Shown: positions 27,048-40,293 of the stretch, in pieces
Position numbering within the stretch: the first letter of the stretch is position 1
Layout of the letters: each line of letters starts with the position of its first letter
Origin: Felis catus
Lineage: Eukaryota
DNA: 64,000 bases
Reading direction: 5' to 3'
Assembly: GCF_018350175.1 (NCBI RefSeq)
Contig: NC_058383.1
Coordinates: 26,228,001-26,292,000 of the forward strand
Translations under genes and position numbers: made by a program
The notes under the pieces: generated by a model
Told to the model about the DNA's origin: nothing
The model's input: the letters and a program-made list of their open reading frames with translations, nothing else
Databases searched by the model: none

Positions 27048-28063
27048 GGAACTTGTAGAAAACCCTGGACTGAGTGTCTGATTTGGGGAGGGCTCTCCTC
27101 TTCCCTTGGGGAGGGCATCCCATGGATGCACTGGCTTATGATTCCTTACACAAAGCTCACTTGACTTCCACCTCTGGGTGTCTGGGAGTCTTTTCCCACT
27201 CAGCAAAGCTAGAACAATTGTTCATCTAGAACTGGCACCATACACAGGTGGGAAAAGATGTTAGTTCATAGCTCTGAAGGTGTGCAGCCTGGGGTCCTGC
27301 CTTCAAGTCTTCTTCCTCGCCTAGAACCTTCTGCCTGGCTCCCCCACACACTCCCTAACACAGTTCAAGTCTTGGCCTGTGGCTAATTTATCGCTCAAGA
27401 ATTTTGCTCAGAAATCTCTTAGGCCCCTGGGCCCTCTCCAAGTAGTAAACGTTTGCTAATAATGAAAAACCACCGGGCTTAGTGAAAGATGGAATCTTGG
27501 GGACGATGTAAGACTCCACAAAGCCTTGGAGCCAAGTGAAAGCTTAGAGAAACCTGCAGCCACAGGCTGATTAAACAGTAGTTGTGTAGGATACTTGCCC
27601 AGGGCAGAGGCGGTGGGTGTGTTTCATTCAGTTTTCAACAAGTAGTTTTTAAGTCTTTACTGTCCCCAGTGTTGAGGACACGTGTAGAAATGACCGAGGC
27701 AGACGGGGTCTCTCTCTCAGGAACTCGCACACTAATTGTGAGAAGTTGGCAATTCAGTCGTTTCCATGCAGTGTGGTGGTTGACGATGAGGAAGGGCTAT
27801 GGAAACACAGAAGAGGGGCACCTTGTGCAGTTCAGGAGGTTCGGGAGAGCTGCTCGGAAGAAGTGGAGTCTAATGTGAGATCTAGAGGTAGGCAGGAATT
27901 CGCTAAGTGGAGGGAATTGGGTAGCAGAGGAATGTATCAAGAACAGAGATGAGTGGGGAATTTCACTTTGGCTGGAAAGTGGGGGTGGGAGGGAAGAGGC
28001 TCCAGTAGCAAAGGATGGGGGCGGGGGAGACAGGCAGGCGCCAGGAGACGGGGGTCCTGAAGA

Positions 28064-28222
28064 CAGGGCTTCCCAAACTGGAGTGTGCAAATCACCAGGG
28101 AGACTGGTTAAATGCAGATTCTAACTCAGCAAGTCCAGGGTGGGACCTGAGACTTGCTTTCCCAACAAGCTCCCACATGATGGTGATGCCGCTGGCCCAG
28201 GGGCCACACTTTGATCACAAGG
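28064..28222. mobile_element. MER5A-like hAT MITE
   Basis: cagggcttcccaaactggagtgtgcaaatcaccagg...aacaagctccc...gggccacactttga. Similar copies lie near 37390-37566, 38018-38210, 58205-58340 and 60077-60265. Confidence 0.75.
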
Positions 28223-29129
28223 TCATACATACCGCGATAAAGGTTTGGACTGATCCTGGAGATATTGGTGAAACACTTCAGGTAAGGAATGACAGGGTCA
28301 CATTTGAGTCTGGCCCACTCTGGCTGCAAGGTGGAGAATGGATTAAGCACGGGGTGGCCGTTTAATTTATTTTTGCCAATGAAGTTTTATAGACGGTGTA
28401 TATACTGTCTATACTGGTAGAACTGAATACTTGCAACACAGCCCTGAAAATACTTACTCAGTGGACCTTTACAGAAAAAAATCGGTTGGAAGTAATCAGG
28501 CTGGAAGTCTTCAGATCCTGCAACAGTCCAGGCCTGGGCAGGGGGCCTGAGGTGGGGATAGAGAAACAAGTTGGCCTAAAGATAGAACAATGTCCTGATT
28601 AGGGCCAGTGCTTTGACACCAAGAGATCTGTCTTCAAGTCTTGTGTCCTGCATTACTCATCCTGTGTGTCTTTCTGCAAATTACCTAATCCTCATCTATA
28701 AAATGGGATTTGATTCCCTCATCTATAAAATGGGATTAATAATGGAACCTCCCTCACAGGAGTGATCGAGGATTCAGTGAGATGGTGTTTAACATAATAA
28801 GCACCTGGGAAGGGGCAGTGAGCATAGAAGTAATTATTGGAATGGAATTTTGATTTAATCTGTGTCTCCATCCTCTTCCTCTGTTTCCTTTGCTGCTCAT
28901 TCTTTCTCCACTACAGGGCATGTTTCCCTTTTGTCCATGCAACCATCTCTCTATCTACTCCGATCTGGTTTATCTCTTTCCTTGACGTCCATGGCCATCC
29001 ACTCGATGGAAAGCCCTCACTCTGGGTACGACAGTGGACTGATGACAAATGGCCCCTGTCCTCTTTCTCTTCCTGTGCCAATGCCTCCACAGCCTGTCTC
29101 ATCAAGGAGGCGAGCCTTTTTACCTACCC

Positions 29130-29540
29130 CTGAAACTGGAAGGACTTTGGGACTCTCTTTAGTCAATAGCATGTGGCAGAAGGGATGCTGTGCTAGTTCC
29201 TGGCCTGAGACTCAAGAGGCCTCGTCTGCCTCTGATTGTTCTCTTGGAAACCTGCAGCCACCGTGTGAAAAGCCTGCTGGAGGATGAGGGACTCTGTGGC
29301 CCAATCAACCCTGTCCCTGAAGCTGACAGCGAGCTTCCTGTGAGACTCGTGAATGAGGCCGTCCCAGACTGATGTGACCACGAACTGACCCAAGCACTTG
29401 AGCGAGCCTAGCCAAGACCAGTCACAGATTGGCCCAGATCAGCAGAAGCATTCAGCTGGCTCATAGCCTCTCAGAAATAATAGGTATTGTTTTAAGCCAC
29501 TGAGTTAGTGGTCATTCGTAGCTCAGCAATAGAGAATTGA
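29130..29540 (+). mobile_element. MLT1F/G-like LTR
   Basis: atgtggcagaagggatgctgtgctagttcc...ttgttttaagccactgagt...gcaatagagaattga. Confidence 0.7.
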
Positions 29541-29569
29541 TTTGGAATCTTAAAAAAACAATCTGGCAG

Positions 29570-29790
29570 GGATGCCTGGATGGCTCAGTTGGTTGAGCAT
29601 CTGACTCTTGGCTTCCGCTCAGGTCATGATCTCATGGTTTCATGGGTTCGAGCCCTGCAACAGGCTCCGTGCTGACGATGTGGAGCCTGTTTGGGATTCT
29701 CTGTCTCTCCTCTCTTTGCCCCTCCCCCACTTGCACTGTCTCTGCCCCTGTCAAAATAAATAAAGTTAAAAAATTAAAAAAAACAAACAA
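29570..29790 (+). mobile_element. CAN-SINE
   Basis: gggatgcctggatggctcagttggttgagc...aaaataaataaa; TSD caatctggca. Confidence 0.9.
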
Positions 29791-30455
29791 ACCCACAATC
29801 TGGCATACTGGGCTGTCACTGGAGTGTGTACAGGCAGTCCTTAACTTTTGTACATTTGACTTTCAAACAGCCTGACTTTGATACACGTGCTTGACTGACG
29901 CCCCAAAGCACCTTGCCCACAGTAATCCTGGTTTGCCTCATCAGCTGTGGCAGGAGGGTATTGGCCCCCCTTCAGTTGATGAGTTGGGCCAGTGTCGCCA
30001 TCTTTGTGCAGATTGTTTACACAGTTGTTTGTGTTCCTACATTCGCCCTTATCTTGTAAAAACAAATGGAATCTGGGAAAACGAAAGTGCTGATTCGGGT
30101 GACAAAAATGCCACAGGTCCCAAAGGTAATACAATTAGGACACTGATTCAATGTGCCCCAAGTGGCTAAGCTTCAGCTGCAGTCAGATGCTACCTGCTGT
30201 TGAGCTGGTGGGTGGGGTGCTCAACTGTAAAGGAAAAGACCCACCATAGTGATGAAGGGCATGCAGGAGACTGTGTCACTTATACATTAGGTCACAACTT
30301 ATAAAAACCTAACCTACGGTGACTTAAACAGAGGCTTGTTTTTCCTCAACAGCCAGAGCCTGGAGGTGCACAGCCAGCAGTTCAGGGATGAATCAGGGAC
30401 CCAGGCATCTTTCTGCTCTGTCATTCTGGGTATTTTCACTCCCCCCCCCCCAACA

Positions 30456-30670
30456 TTTTTTTAAAATGTGTACTTATTTATTTAAAAATATTTTTCTTAA
30501 TTCTTTAAATTTATTTTTGAGGCATAGAGACAGCGAGACAGAATATGAAGCAGACTCCAGGCTCTGAGCTGTCCGCACAGAGCCCGTAGCAGGGACTGGA
30601 ACACACAAACCATGAGGTCATGACCTGAGCGAAGTCTGACGCTTGAACAACTGAGTCACCCAGGTGCCCC
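30456..30670 (-). mobile_element. CAN-SINE within an MLT1-type LTR (~30280-30900)
   Basis: SINE body; TSD tgggtattt(t)ca on both sides. Confidence 0.8.
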
Positions 30671-30767
30671 TGGGTATTTTCATTTTTATCATCATACTTG
30701 TCATCTCCAGATCCCACAGTTGCTACTACAGTTCCAGGCATTGTTTAAGGCAAGGAGAAGCGAGAAT

Positions 30768-30859
30768 GGATTAGGGAACGTAGTATACGTCATCTTACAT
30801 CTCATTGGCCAGGATTAGGGAACGTAGTAGCCGTCTTCTTACATCTCATTGGTCAGGAT
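30768..30859 (+). repeat. Tandem duplication with a 44-bp unit (2 copies)
   Basis: ggattagggaacgtagtatacgtcatcttacatctcattggcca / ggattagggaacgtagtagccgtcttcttacatctcattggtca. Confidence 0.9.
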
Positions 30860-33800
30860 GGTGTCACGTGACCACGCCTAGCCGTGAGGAAAGCTGGAGG
30901 AGAAAGCCTGCCCCATGGCATACAGCTGCCCAAGCTAAATATAACGGAAGAATGGATATTAGTGGGTAAATAAGATTCTGGCACAGAAATGCTAAGAACA
31001 AATAGCCGAAGGTGGTGTCAAAGATGTAATCAGGGAATATATAATTTCATAATTATATCATTTATACTTGTCTAAGTCCTTGCATATAGTAAATGCGCAG
31101 TAAATGTTGGAACTAAAGTCCCAGCTCCACCATTCAGAGGCTGTAATCTCTTGGGCAAGTCAGTTAACTTATCTGGACATTAATTTCCTCATTTGCAAAA
31201 TCGCCGGGAGGGCGGGGGGGGGGGGGGGCGATGAAGGAGGAGAATCCTGCCTTTTAGAGGTTGGTTGGGAGCATCAAAGAGCGATGCATGCGAACTTGAG
31301 AAGTGCCCTCCAAGTGTTAGCTGCTGTCTCAGGAGTAGCGCCCCAGCATCTGTGGAACAGGAAGAAGGTAAATCCATTTCTTAGGGGATGGTCACCATCT
31401 GGCTCTCTGCCCGGCACCTTCCCCCACCACCAACCTTTTTCTTCAGGCCTGTGAGTGAGCTGCAGCTGTGAGTACTTGTCATACGTGTTCCCAGGAGGGA
31501 GGACGCCCAGAGAGAGGATCCAGCACCCCCGTGTCTCTTTCTTCTGAACGATGGCATTTTCTTATAAGCTTTCTCTGTTTCATTTCTCAAACGAAATTTC
31601 ATTTTCGTGACTTGAGTCCGAGGCAGAAAGCTTAGTGAAAGCTCGTGGTTCTCAGGCCTGGCTCTCTAACAACCTATGAGGGGCTTTGTGAAATTATCCA
31701 CGCTCGGGACTCCACCCTGGCCCGATGAGGTCAGAAGCGCGGGGAGTGCGGCCCAGGTGTGGGTACTTTTTGCCGCTCCCTTGATGATTCTAGAAGGCCG
31801 CCAGGGTGGTGAACCACTTCCTTTAGTGAGATGGCCCTTAGGTCCGAGAACCTGGAACCTCCAGCTGGTGTGTGTGAGGTTTGCTTTGCGGTAGAGACAG
31901 CGAAAAGAGGTGGTTGGCCGTAGTGGTGGTGGCGGGAGGGAAATAGAAGCCCAGGATGGAATTCTTCAGCTGGGAGATACGGGGCAAAATAATATCAAGC
32001 AGGCATAGGACTTAATTCCTCTGGCACTTCCCCTTTTCTCCAACCCCAGGGAGATAGAAACAGTTAAAAAAAAATTAATTTATAAAAGGCATCAGAGTCA
32101 TCCTGAAACTTCTCAGCAGAAAAAAAAAAACAAAAAACAAAAAAAAAACCAAGCGTCTCTATTCAGAGGCACACTGCCCTTCTTCTTTTGTCTTCTAGCC
32201 TGGTGAGAACACACATCATATACAGCCTGTCTTTACAAACTGCTGGCTCTTTTCATGAATATTCAATGGTTTTGCCCACACTTTGTCTCAGTCTCTCTCC
32301 CCCCCCCCCCCCCAACTACCATCTTAGATGCAGTGACTTTGAGCTACCACTTAAAAAAAAAAAAAAAGTAAAGTCCATCAAGGCGCCTTCCAGTGAAGCC
32401 GGATGTCGTAGGGGGGTGGTGGTGGAAACTAGGAGTCCTACTGTGTACCAGACTCAAACTAAAAGGTTGTAATGACCTTATCTCGGCAAAAGATTTTTAT
32501 CTTCACGGTTTATTTAATCACTGGTCCCCTCGAATTAGGAGCTAAGCCTCTGATGGGCGACTGTCGATCCTTATCAAAACTACTAAGACATATTTCAACC
32601 GTGGAGGAAAATGGTGTGGCATCTGGAGATGGGGGGCCCTCAGGGTCTTGCATGGCAAGAAACTGCAGACTGGAAACACTGCTCCTCATATCTTAAGTAA
32701 AGGCTTTGCGATGATTGATTATTTTTCCTCTGATAAATACCTGGTTTTCAAAAGCAGTCTAAATAGTAGGGATCTCCATTTTCCAAGTATTCGAAATGCA
32801 TTTGGCTGTCCTATCATTAAACCCAGACCCAGGAGACCAGCCGAGACGTCTGAGCCCTTCCCACGTTCGCGGCAGAGACACTCCTGCTCACTGAATATCC
32901 TCGAGTAACCCTGTATTTCCCGCCCCGCTGCCATTTGCCAGGGCCAGCCGACTGGTTCTGAGCAATGGGCAGGGAGCACAAGGGACTTGTACATGATCCT
33001 GCAGAAGCCCTAAAGGTCACGCGTGAAAGCCATCACAAGCTGGAACTGAGTCACCACAAAGAGCACAGCTGCCCTTGACGGTCACCTGATTCATCGTGGC
33101 CTTTGTATGAGCGAAAAACAAACCTCTGTGGTGTTAGCCTTGTGAAATGAAACACTGGGATTTTTTGTGACTGCAGAAAAGCCCAGCTCAACCTATCGAT
33201 ACAACAGGACGCTGAAGAGGGCTCCTATCATCACCCCATTTTGGAAGACCCCACTGCAAGCCTCTTATCTTGATGTGTTTGTAGTAGATGGAGAGAAGAT
33301 GCTCTCTCCTCGGACCCCAAGGACTCCCCAGTTACGAAATGCTCCATCGGCATTCACACGTGCAGTAAATAATCATTGAGTGCCAACCATGTGCCAGGGC
33401 CCTTATTGGCACTGGGGATTGCGTGGTTAGCAAAACGGACTCCATCTCGTCTTTGCCTACAGCTTTCAGTCCGTCGGAAGAGACTGCTGCTCGACAAATA
33501 AGCATGCCGATGAGCGCAGAATAACTAGCAGAGGTGAGTGCTTTGAAGGAAAGAGGTTTCTAAATCAGAAGGGACTTTACGGCAGCCCAGGGGGTTAGAG
33601 AAGGCTTCCCCGAAATTCTGAAGCCTGGCGGGCACGCTAACCATGAGGGTCTGCCTCTGGACGTCAGGCTGCAGAGCACCTGCTATGTGCAAAGCTCTCT
33701 GCCAAAATACTAGACACACACCACCCTCACTTGACCGTTGCAACAGTCCTGGGAGGTAGTAGTAATATCATCCCCATGTTACAGGTGAGGAAACTGAGGC

Positions 33801-34337
33801 TCAGCAAAAGGAGGCCACATGCCCTGTGTAAGTAAGTGCAAACAGGGATTTGAATCCACATCTGGCTACAACGCTAACACTCATTTCTGGCCCTTGCAAA
33901 CCGAGCCAGGGAGGTTAGTCATGCAGGAAGTCACCCCTCGTGAGGCCCACAGTGGGAGATCAGAATGAAACCAGCAAGCAGATGTTGACAAGTTGCCTGG
34001 AAAAGCCACCCACTGGGGGGGGGGGGGGGGCGGATAGCTTTCTCTCCAGTTCCCAAGCTCCTCCTTAAAAGTTCCAGTGTTCTTTTTTCATTTTTACAGC
34101 ATCCCCTCCCCCCTCCCCAGAGGACTGACTTCTCCTTTCAGCAGACGGGAAGGCGTGGGCTGCCTGCCCTACAGTAGCCCAGCCACTGACAGATGATGGC
34201 TTCCCTCCAAACTTAACCCAGATGAAAACGATAGGGACATACCAGCTCTTTCTTCCCTTGGCTTTGTACCATGCTTCCCTTTCTCCCCAGAATAGAAGCA
34301 GGAAGGCCTGAGGTAGCTGCGTTGAAATGTTAGCTGA

Positions 34338-34920
34338 GGGGTGCCTGGGTGGCTCAGTCGGTTAAGCATCTGACTTCGGCTCAGGTCATAATCTCACTGT
34401 TTGTGGGTTCAAGGCCTGAGCTAGGCTCTGTGCTGACAGCTCAGAGCCTGGAGCCTGCTTCGGATTCTGTGTCTCCCTCTCTCTCTGCCCCTCCCCTGCT
34501 CATGCTCTCGCTCTCTCTCAAAAATAAATAAAACATTACCAAAAAGTTAAAAAAAAAGTTAGCTGATATGAACCTATTGCTTTGTCTTACAGAAGGACTA
34601 AACTGATTCTGCATATAGACACATTTACACTCATTCTGGCACATGCTTCACATGCAGACATGCCCGTATGCACGTGGGTGCATAGACATACACTCTCTTT
34701 AACACATACGCTCATAGCTAACACATTATAGTTATTTATTTTTATTTTTTAGAGAGAGAGAGCATGAGAGAGGGAGGGGCAGGGAGAGGGGGACAGAGGA
34801 TCCAAAGCGGGTTCCTCGCTGGCAGCAGAAAGCCTGATGGCAGGGCTCAAACTCACGAACCATGAGATCATGACCTGAGCCGAAGTCAGACGCTTAGCCG
34901 ACTGAGCCACCCAGGCGCCT
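34338..34920. mobile_element. Inverted CAN-SINE pair (+ 34338-34558, - 34731-34920)
   Basis: SINE bodies; TSD gttagctga around the first, tagc(t/c)aacac around the second. Confidence 0.9.
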
Positions 34921-34969
34921 CGTAGCCAACACTTTAAAGCACTCACCGGATCCCAGGCAGCTTTCTAGC

Positions 34970-35190
34970 TCTGGGCAAACATTTGACTGCCAGGGGACCA
35001 GATCCAGCTTGCCACCTGTTTGTGTAAATAAAGTTTTATTGGAACACAGCCATGCTTATTCATTAACACATTACCTCTGGCTGCTTTTGCACTACACATC
35101 AGAGTTGAGTAGTTGTGACAATGACTGCATCACCTGCAAAACCCGAGATATTTACTACCTGGGCCTTTGCAGGAAAAGTTTGCCAACTTC
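34970..35190. mobile_element. MER58-like MITE
   Basis: gtaaataaagttttattggaacacagccatgc...gcaggaaaagtttgccaac. Confidence 0.8.
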
Positions 35191-35739
35191 AGTTCTAAGT
35201 GCTTAAAAATTTTACAAGGCATGCCTGCTGCGTAGCTAACCATCCTGAAACCTAATGGCTTAAAAACGGCCCCTGCTATTATTGTCTCTTATGATTTCTG
35301 TGTGTTAACTGAGTTCTGCTGGCAGTTCTGCTCCTCGTGATGTCAGCTAGGACCACGGTCCTCTACAGCAGAGGGCAGTTGGTGCTACTGTGCGCTGTGA
35401 ACTCAGCTGGCACTGACAACCCACACGCGCTGGTTTCCCTCCTCATGGCCTTACTTTTCGGTTCTAGCATCTCACAGCTCAGCCACTGGGTTCCAAGAGG
35501 CAGTGTCATGTTTGCAAATGCAGAAGAACGGCAGATCTCCTAAGGTCCGGATTCCATTGGTCAGAACAGATCACAAGTCCAGCCCAGGTTCAAGAGGAAG
35601 TGACTCCACCTCCTGGTGGCAGGACTAGCAAAGGATTTGCAGCCACCTTCAATCCACCAGAGTAAGTACTTATCCTCACTTTAGACATAGGGACACAGAG
35701 GCACAGAATGGTTGAATAACTTGCCCACGACAGCCGGGG

Positions 35740-36062
35740 AGTAACACACAACCTCATACCCACTCATTCACACAAATATGTGGGTGCATACATATTCACA
35801 CATTACACATACATTCATCACACACACGTCCACAATTCACATACAGGCATACAGTGACAGTCACATGTTTACATCCTCATCTTGACACCCAAGTCCTCAT
35901 GCACGTTCACATATACGTGCATACATATTTGCACATAAGCACTCACATATACACACATACACACATGCACATACTCCAGACATACACACCCTCACACACA
36001 CCCCCTCCACTTCCATGTGTAGAATCACACGTGTCCACATGCGTGGGCACACATATACACAC
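35740..36062 (+). repeat. Degenerate CA-rich simple repeat
   Basis: Long interrupted (CA)/(CATA) tract. Confidence 0.8.
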
Positions 36063-36439
36063 GTTGTTTGATCCCTCTCCACTGAACATGGTAATTTCCT
36101 CCAATGACTCAGAGACCTTTTCCTCCTCTCTTTTGAGCAAGGTGTTCCGATGCCAGAAAACCCTCCTGTCTTCCTTCCGTTGTGCAAAGTCTCTCTCCAC
36201 ATGAAGAGGCCCAGAGGCCTGGGACCTTGGATCCCTAGCCTTACTCGGAATGGCCATGGGGCTAGAGACCTACACATCTTTGTTGATGTTAGACGTGAGG
36301 GACAGGGAAGTTAAGTGCGTTGCCCAGTGTCACACAACAGAAGCCACTAGGCTGGTGGTGATCACTGACAGCTGGGCTAGGTGCTGGGGCTCAGCGGTGC
36401 TTGATGAATGAATGAATTGGAAGTCCTTGTTCTGTATGG

Positions 36440-37236
36440 ATTGTTTTTAAGAGAGTTTATTCTTTTAGAAGCGGTTTTAGGTTCACAACAAAATTGACCG
36501 AAAGGCACAGAGATTCCATTTATACCCCCTGTTCCCACATGTGGATAACCTTCCCCATATCCACATTCCCCACCAGAGTGGTACATTTGTTATAATTGAT
36601 GAGCCTATATTAATGCATCGTTATTACCCAAAGTTCATGGTTTTAACCTCAGGGTTCATTCTTGGGTTGTGCATTCTATGAATTTGGACGAATGTACAAT
36701 GACATATATCCACCATTAGAGTATCATACAGAGTATTTTCAGTGCCCTGAAAACCCTCTGTGTCTAGTCTATTCATCCCTTCTTTTTTCATAACATCTGG
36801 CAACTACTGATATTTTTTTTTAATGCTTATTAATTTTTTTAAAGAGAGAATGAGTGGGGGAGGGGCAGAGAGGGAGAGAGAGAATCCCAAGCAGACTCCA
36901 CACTGTCAGTGCACAGCCATACGCAATCCGTGAGATCATAACCTGAGCTGAAATCAAGAGTTGGACACTTGAGTGACTGAGCCACCCAGGTAACCTGACC
37001 ACTGATCTTTTCAATGTCTCCATAGTTTTGGCTTTTCCAAAAGGTCATATAGTTGGAATCATACAGTCCTTTTCAGACTGGCTTCTTTCAGTGAGTAATA
37101 TGCATTTAAGATTCCTCCATGTTTTTGCATGGCTTGAGAGTGCATTTCTTTTTAGCGCTGAATAATATTCTCTCATCTGGATGTAACCATAGTTCATTTA
37201 TCCATTCACCTACTGAATGACATCTTCGTTGCTTCA
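36440..37236 (-). mobile_element. L1MA/MB 3' fragment with an inserted CAN-SINE (36812-36990)
   Basis: gcggttttaggttcacaacaaaattga...ccaccagagtggtacatttgttataattgatgagcc...cagactggcttctttca; SINE TSD actgat(a/c)tttt. Confidence 0.85.
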
Positions 37237-37849
37237 GCATTCATTTTTGCTTGTGACTGTAGAAAGCAGGTAGAACAGAAATGCTCCCCAAACCTTATGA
37301 GTCAGACATCAAGGACATCAGAGAGACACTGAAGATGTAGAGAAGCCCATTTTTCCTCCTTCATTTGGTCATCATTTATCCCAGCCATCTTCAGCCCTAG
37401 CCAGACATTATAGTGACCTGGGGAGGGGGATTTTTAAAAATATTGATGCTTGGGTCCCACCCGTAGGGACTGTGATTCAATTGGTCTGGGCTGGAGCTGA
37501 GCATCATCGTTTTTTTTTTTTTTGGAAGTTACCCAGGTGACCCCACCAGGGGCTTGAAAACCATTGGTCCACCAAGACCCCACTGTAGGTGGAAGATTCT
37601 CCTGGTGGCTCTAGAGTAGAAGGTGAAGTTCATCTGTTGGGTTTAAAACAAATGGGTCTGGCTTGCCGGTAGGCCCTGTTTGGTACGTTGATTTCACTGA
37701 AATGTAAAGGTTCTAGCAGGACACGCTCTCTTTGTCCGCTCTCAGATACCATCCTCTATCACCTTTCCACCAGCTACTTCACACATGTAGTTACTGGCCT
37801 GGCACCTGGAGCCACTGGGTCTTGCTGACTGTGGGACCTGGTTTTGGCC

Positions 37850-37960
37850 AAGGTGACCAACATGTCTCAGTCTGCCCAGGGCTTTCCAAGTTTCAGCACT
37901 GAAAATCCTGTGTCCCAGGACACTTCCTCCGTCCGGAGCAAACTGGACATTAGTCACCCT
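37850..37960. mobile_element. MER94-like hAT-Blackjack MITE
   Basis: Termini aggtgaccaa...tagtcaccct; internal cagcactgaaaatcctgtgtcccagga. Confidence 0.7.
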
Positions 37961-39892
37961 ATTTTGACCCTTCTTATAAGAAAGGGAAGACAGACCTACC
38001 AATCACTCTAAAACACCTGTTCTCAATGTTAGCTGCACATTAGAATCACGTGGGTAGCATTAATAACTCAGGTCCCAGGATCACTCCCCATCATGCTCCT
38101 AAGTGACTGTCACAACCCCAGAGATTCTGATGTCGTTGATCAGTGTGCAGCTCAAGAAAAAGATTTTTAAAAGCCTCCCAGATGATTCCCATGTGAAGGT
38201 AGGGACAAAGAGCTCTGAGCAAGGTAAGAGAGAATTAGCCACCAGGGGGACAGTGCTGGGAAGGAGCAGGGGAAGCAAGCCTCCCAAAGGAAGTGACATC
38301 GCAGACGACACAATGTAGTTTGACTTCAGAACTTTGAGTAAAGTCCCTTTATCTCTCTGAGCCTCAGTTTCCTTATCTGTAAAATGGGAACCCCCCCTTT
38401 GAGGTCCTTGTGAGGATTATATAAAATCAAGCATGGAAGGTTTTGGGCACAGAACATGATTGACATTCATGAATAATAATAAAGGTGCCATTTATTCAGT
38501 GCTCATTATGTGCCAAATACTTTTAAGTCTATGACTCGTTTGGGCCTAGGAGGTAGCTAGTGGTCTTATTTCCACTTTAGAGTCAGAGTGGTCTTCAGTG
38601 AAGGAACCCCTGAAGTATCCTGTTTCTGTTAAATTATTTTTGCAGAGAGCCAGGCCAAGGAGCAAGTGACCCAGTTAAATCAGAACTGACCCTGGGAATC
38701 TAGAAGGGTCAAACTGGCCTTGGATTCATTTTTCAAAATGAAAATAGCTTTGGTGGGAGGAGGGGAAAATGAAAATAGCTTTCTTGTTTGTGATCATAGA
38801 TATAATAAAAATAAATAAAATAAAAAGTTCATATAATGCAGAATCCTACGAGACAGAAGTGAAGATCTTCAGGGCCAAGCTTCCCCCCTGAGACCAGGAG
38901 CTGGAGAGAAGGGCTGCCTTAGCAAGGCCCCTCCCCACCCACCCTTGCCCATCCCTTTAGGAAAAAACCCATCAGTTCCCATGACATCATCTCCCGCCTT
39001 GGAGCTGGAGTGTTGGGGACAATGGCAGGATATGGAGTTTAAGGAATTCTGACCTCAGCCTCATTGGAAAGGGCTTGGCCTGGAGCTGGGACTTGCCCCT
39101 GATGAAGGCCTCTCTGAGGGACCATTTCAGCTGGTGTCCAGAGCTGTCCCCAGAGTAACTAATAATAATGATATTGGTCAAACACTCACAGTGTACCAGA
39201 CATCACTCAGAAGGTGAATTAACTCACTGAATCCTCTTGACCACCCGAGCAGTTAGGTACCATTATGCCCTTCTTATAGAAGAGGAAGCAGGCTCAGAGA
39301 GGCAGATAACTTGCTCAAGGCCACACAGCTGGTAAGCAGCAGAGTCAGGAATGGCCCTGGTCCCCGAGCCAAGTGCTGTGCCTCGTGCCCCAAGAGGCTG
39401 ATGTGATGCTCCGAACAGCCACCTGGAGCAGGTCTGTTTGGCATCCTCATTAGATAAATGAGGAAACCAGGGCTCTGAACAGGCTGAGCGGCCTGCCCAG
39501 GGTCTTACAGCTAATGAGCACCAGTGCCAGGAAAGAAGCTCAGGGTCACCAGCCTGCAGAGCTGGCTCTCTTAGTATCAGGTTTCCTCAACTCTGGCCCT
39601 TGAGCCGCCACCTTGACTGTCTTTGCTACATCAGTGTGCCTTATTCATTTCATCTGTTTTTTCCTAATGTTGACTTTTGTCTGTAGCCTTATTCCAAACA
39701 ACCATCTGTAAAACCGTTGGTTCAGTGCTAGTTACAACGTAGTTTTCTAATACACTGAACACCTACTCCAATAAACCATATATGTCACATTCAACCAATT
39801 ATACATGCACTCATCTATAAAAAACACAAGAGTTTCTGCGATGAAACCTGAATTCCACCTTTATTTAAGGAGCAGGTGAGTGGGGAGACGGG

Positions 39893-40293
39893 CAGTATTA
39901 TGGACTGAATTGTGTCCCTCCCCCCCCCCCCCCACAAAATTCATATGTTGAAGCCCTAACTCCCAGTATTCAGAATGTAACTATATTTGAAGATAGTCTT
40001 AAAGAGGTGATTAAGTTAAAAACAGGCTATCAGGGTAGGTCTCTAATCCAATAGGACTGGTGTCTTTCTAAGAAGAGAGAGACAGAGACACCAGCCATGC
40101 GTATGAATAGAGAAAAGACCGTGCGAGGACACAGTGAGAAGGTGGTCACCTCAAGCCAAGGAGAAACCAGCCATGCTGGCGCCCGATCTTGGACCTCCAG
40201 CCTCCAGAACTATTAGAAAATAAACTTCTGTTGTTTAAGCCACCCAGTCTATCTGGTGGCATTTTGTTATGGCAGCCCTATAAGACTAATACA
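39893..40293 (+). mobile_element. MLT1 LTR, immediately followed by a + CAN-SINE (40299-40522)
   Basis: tattatggactgaattgtgtccc...ttcatatgttgaagccctaac...gcagccctataagactaataca; SINE TSD atacagatagg. Confidence 0.85.

Larger units (their letters stand above)
22406..27065 (+). other. ITPRIPL2: Probable long 3' UTR of ITPRIPL2
   Basis: SINE-free and U-rich sequence after the stop codon, ending at an AATAAA (27042-27047). The human mRNA is recalled as a long single-exon transcript. The end point is inferred. Confidence 0.6.

Noticed and set aside
30768..30859. CRISPR-like repeat
   Set aside because: Only two abutting copies with no spacers, in a mammalian LTR context.
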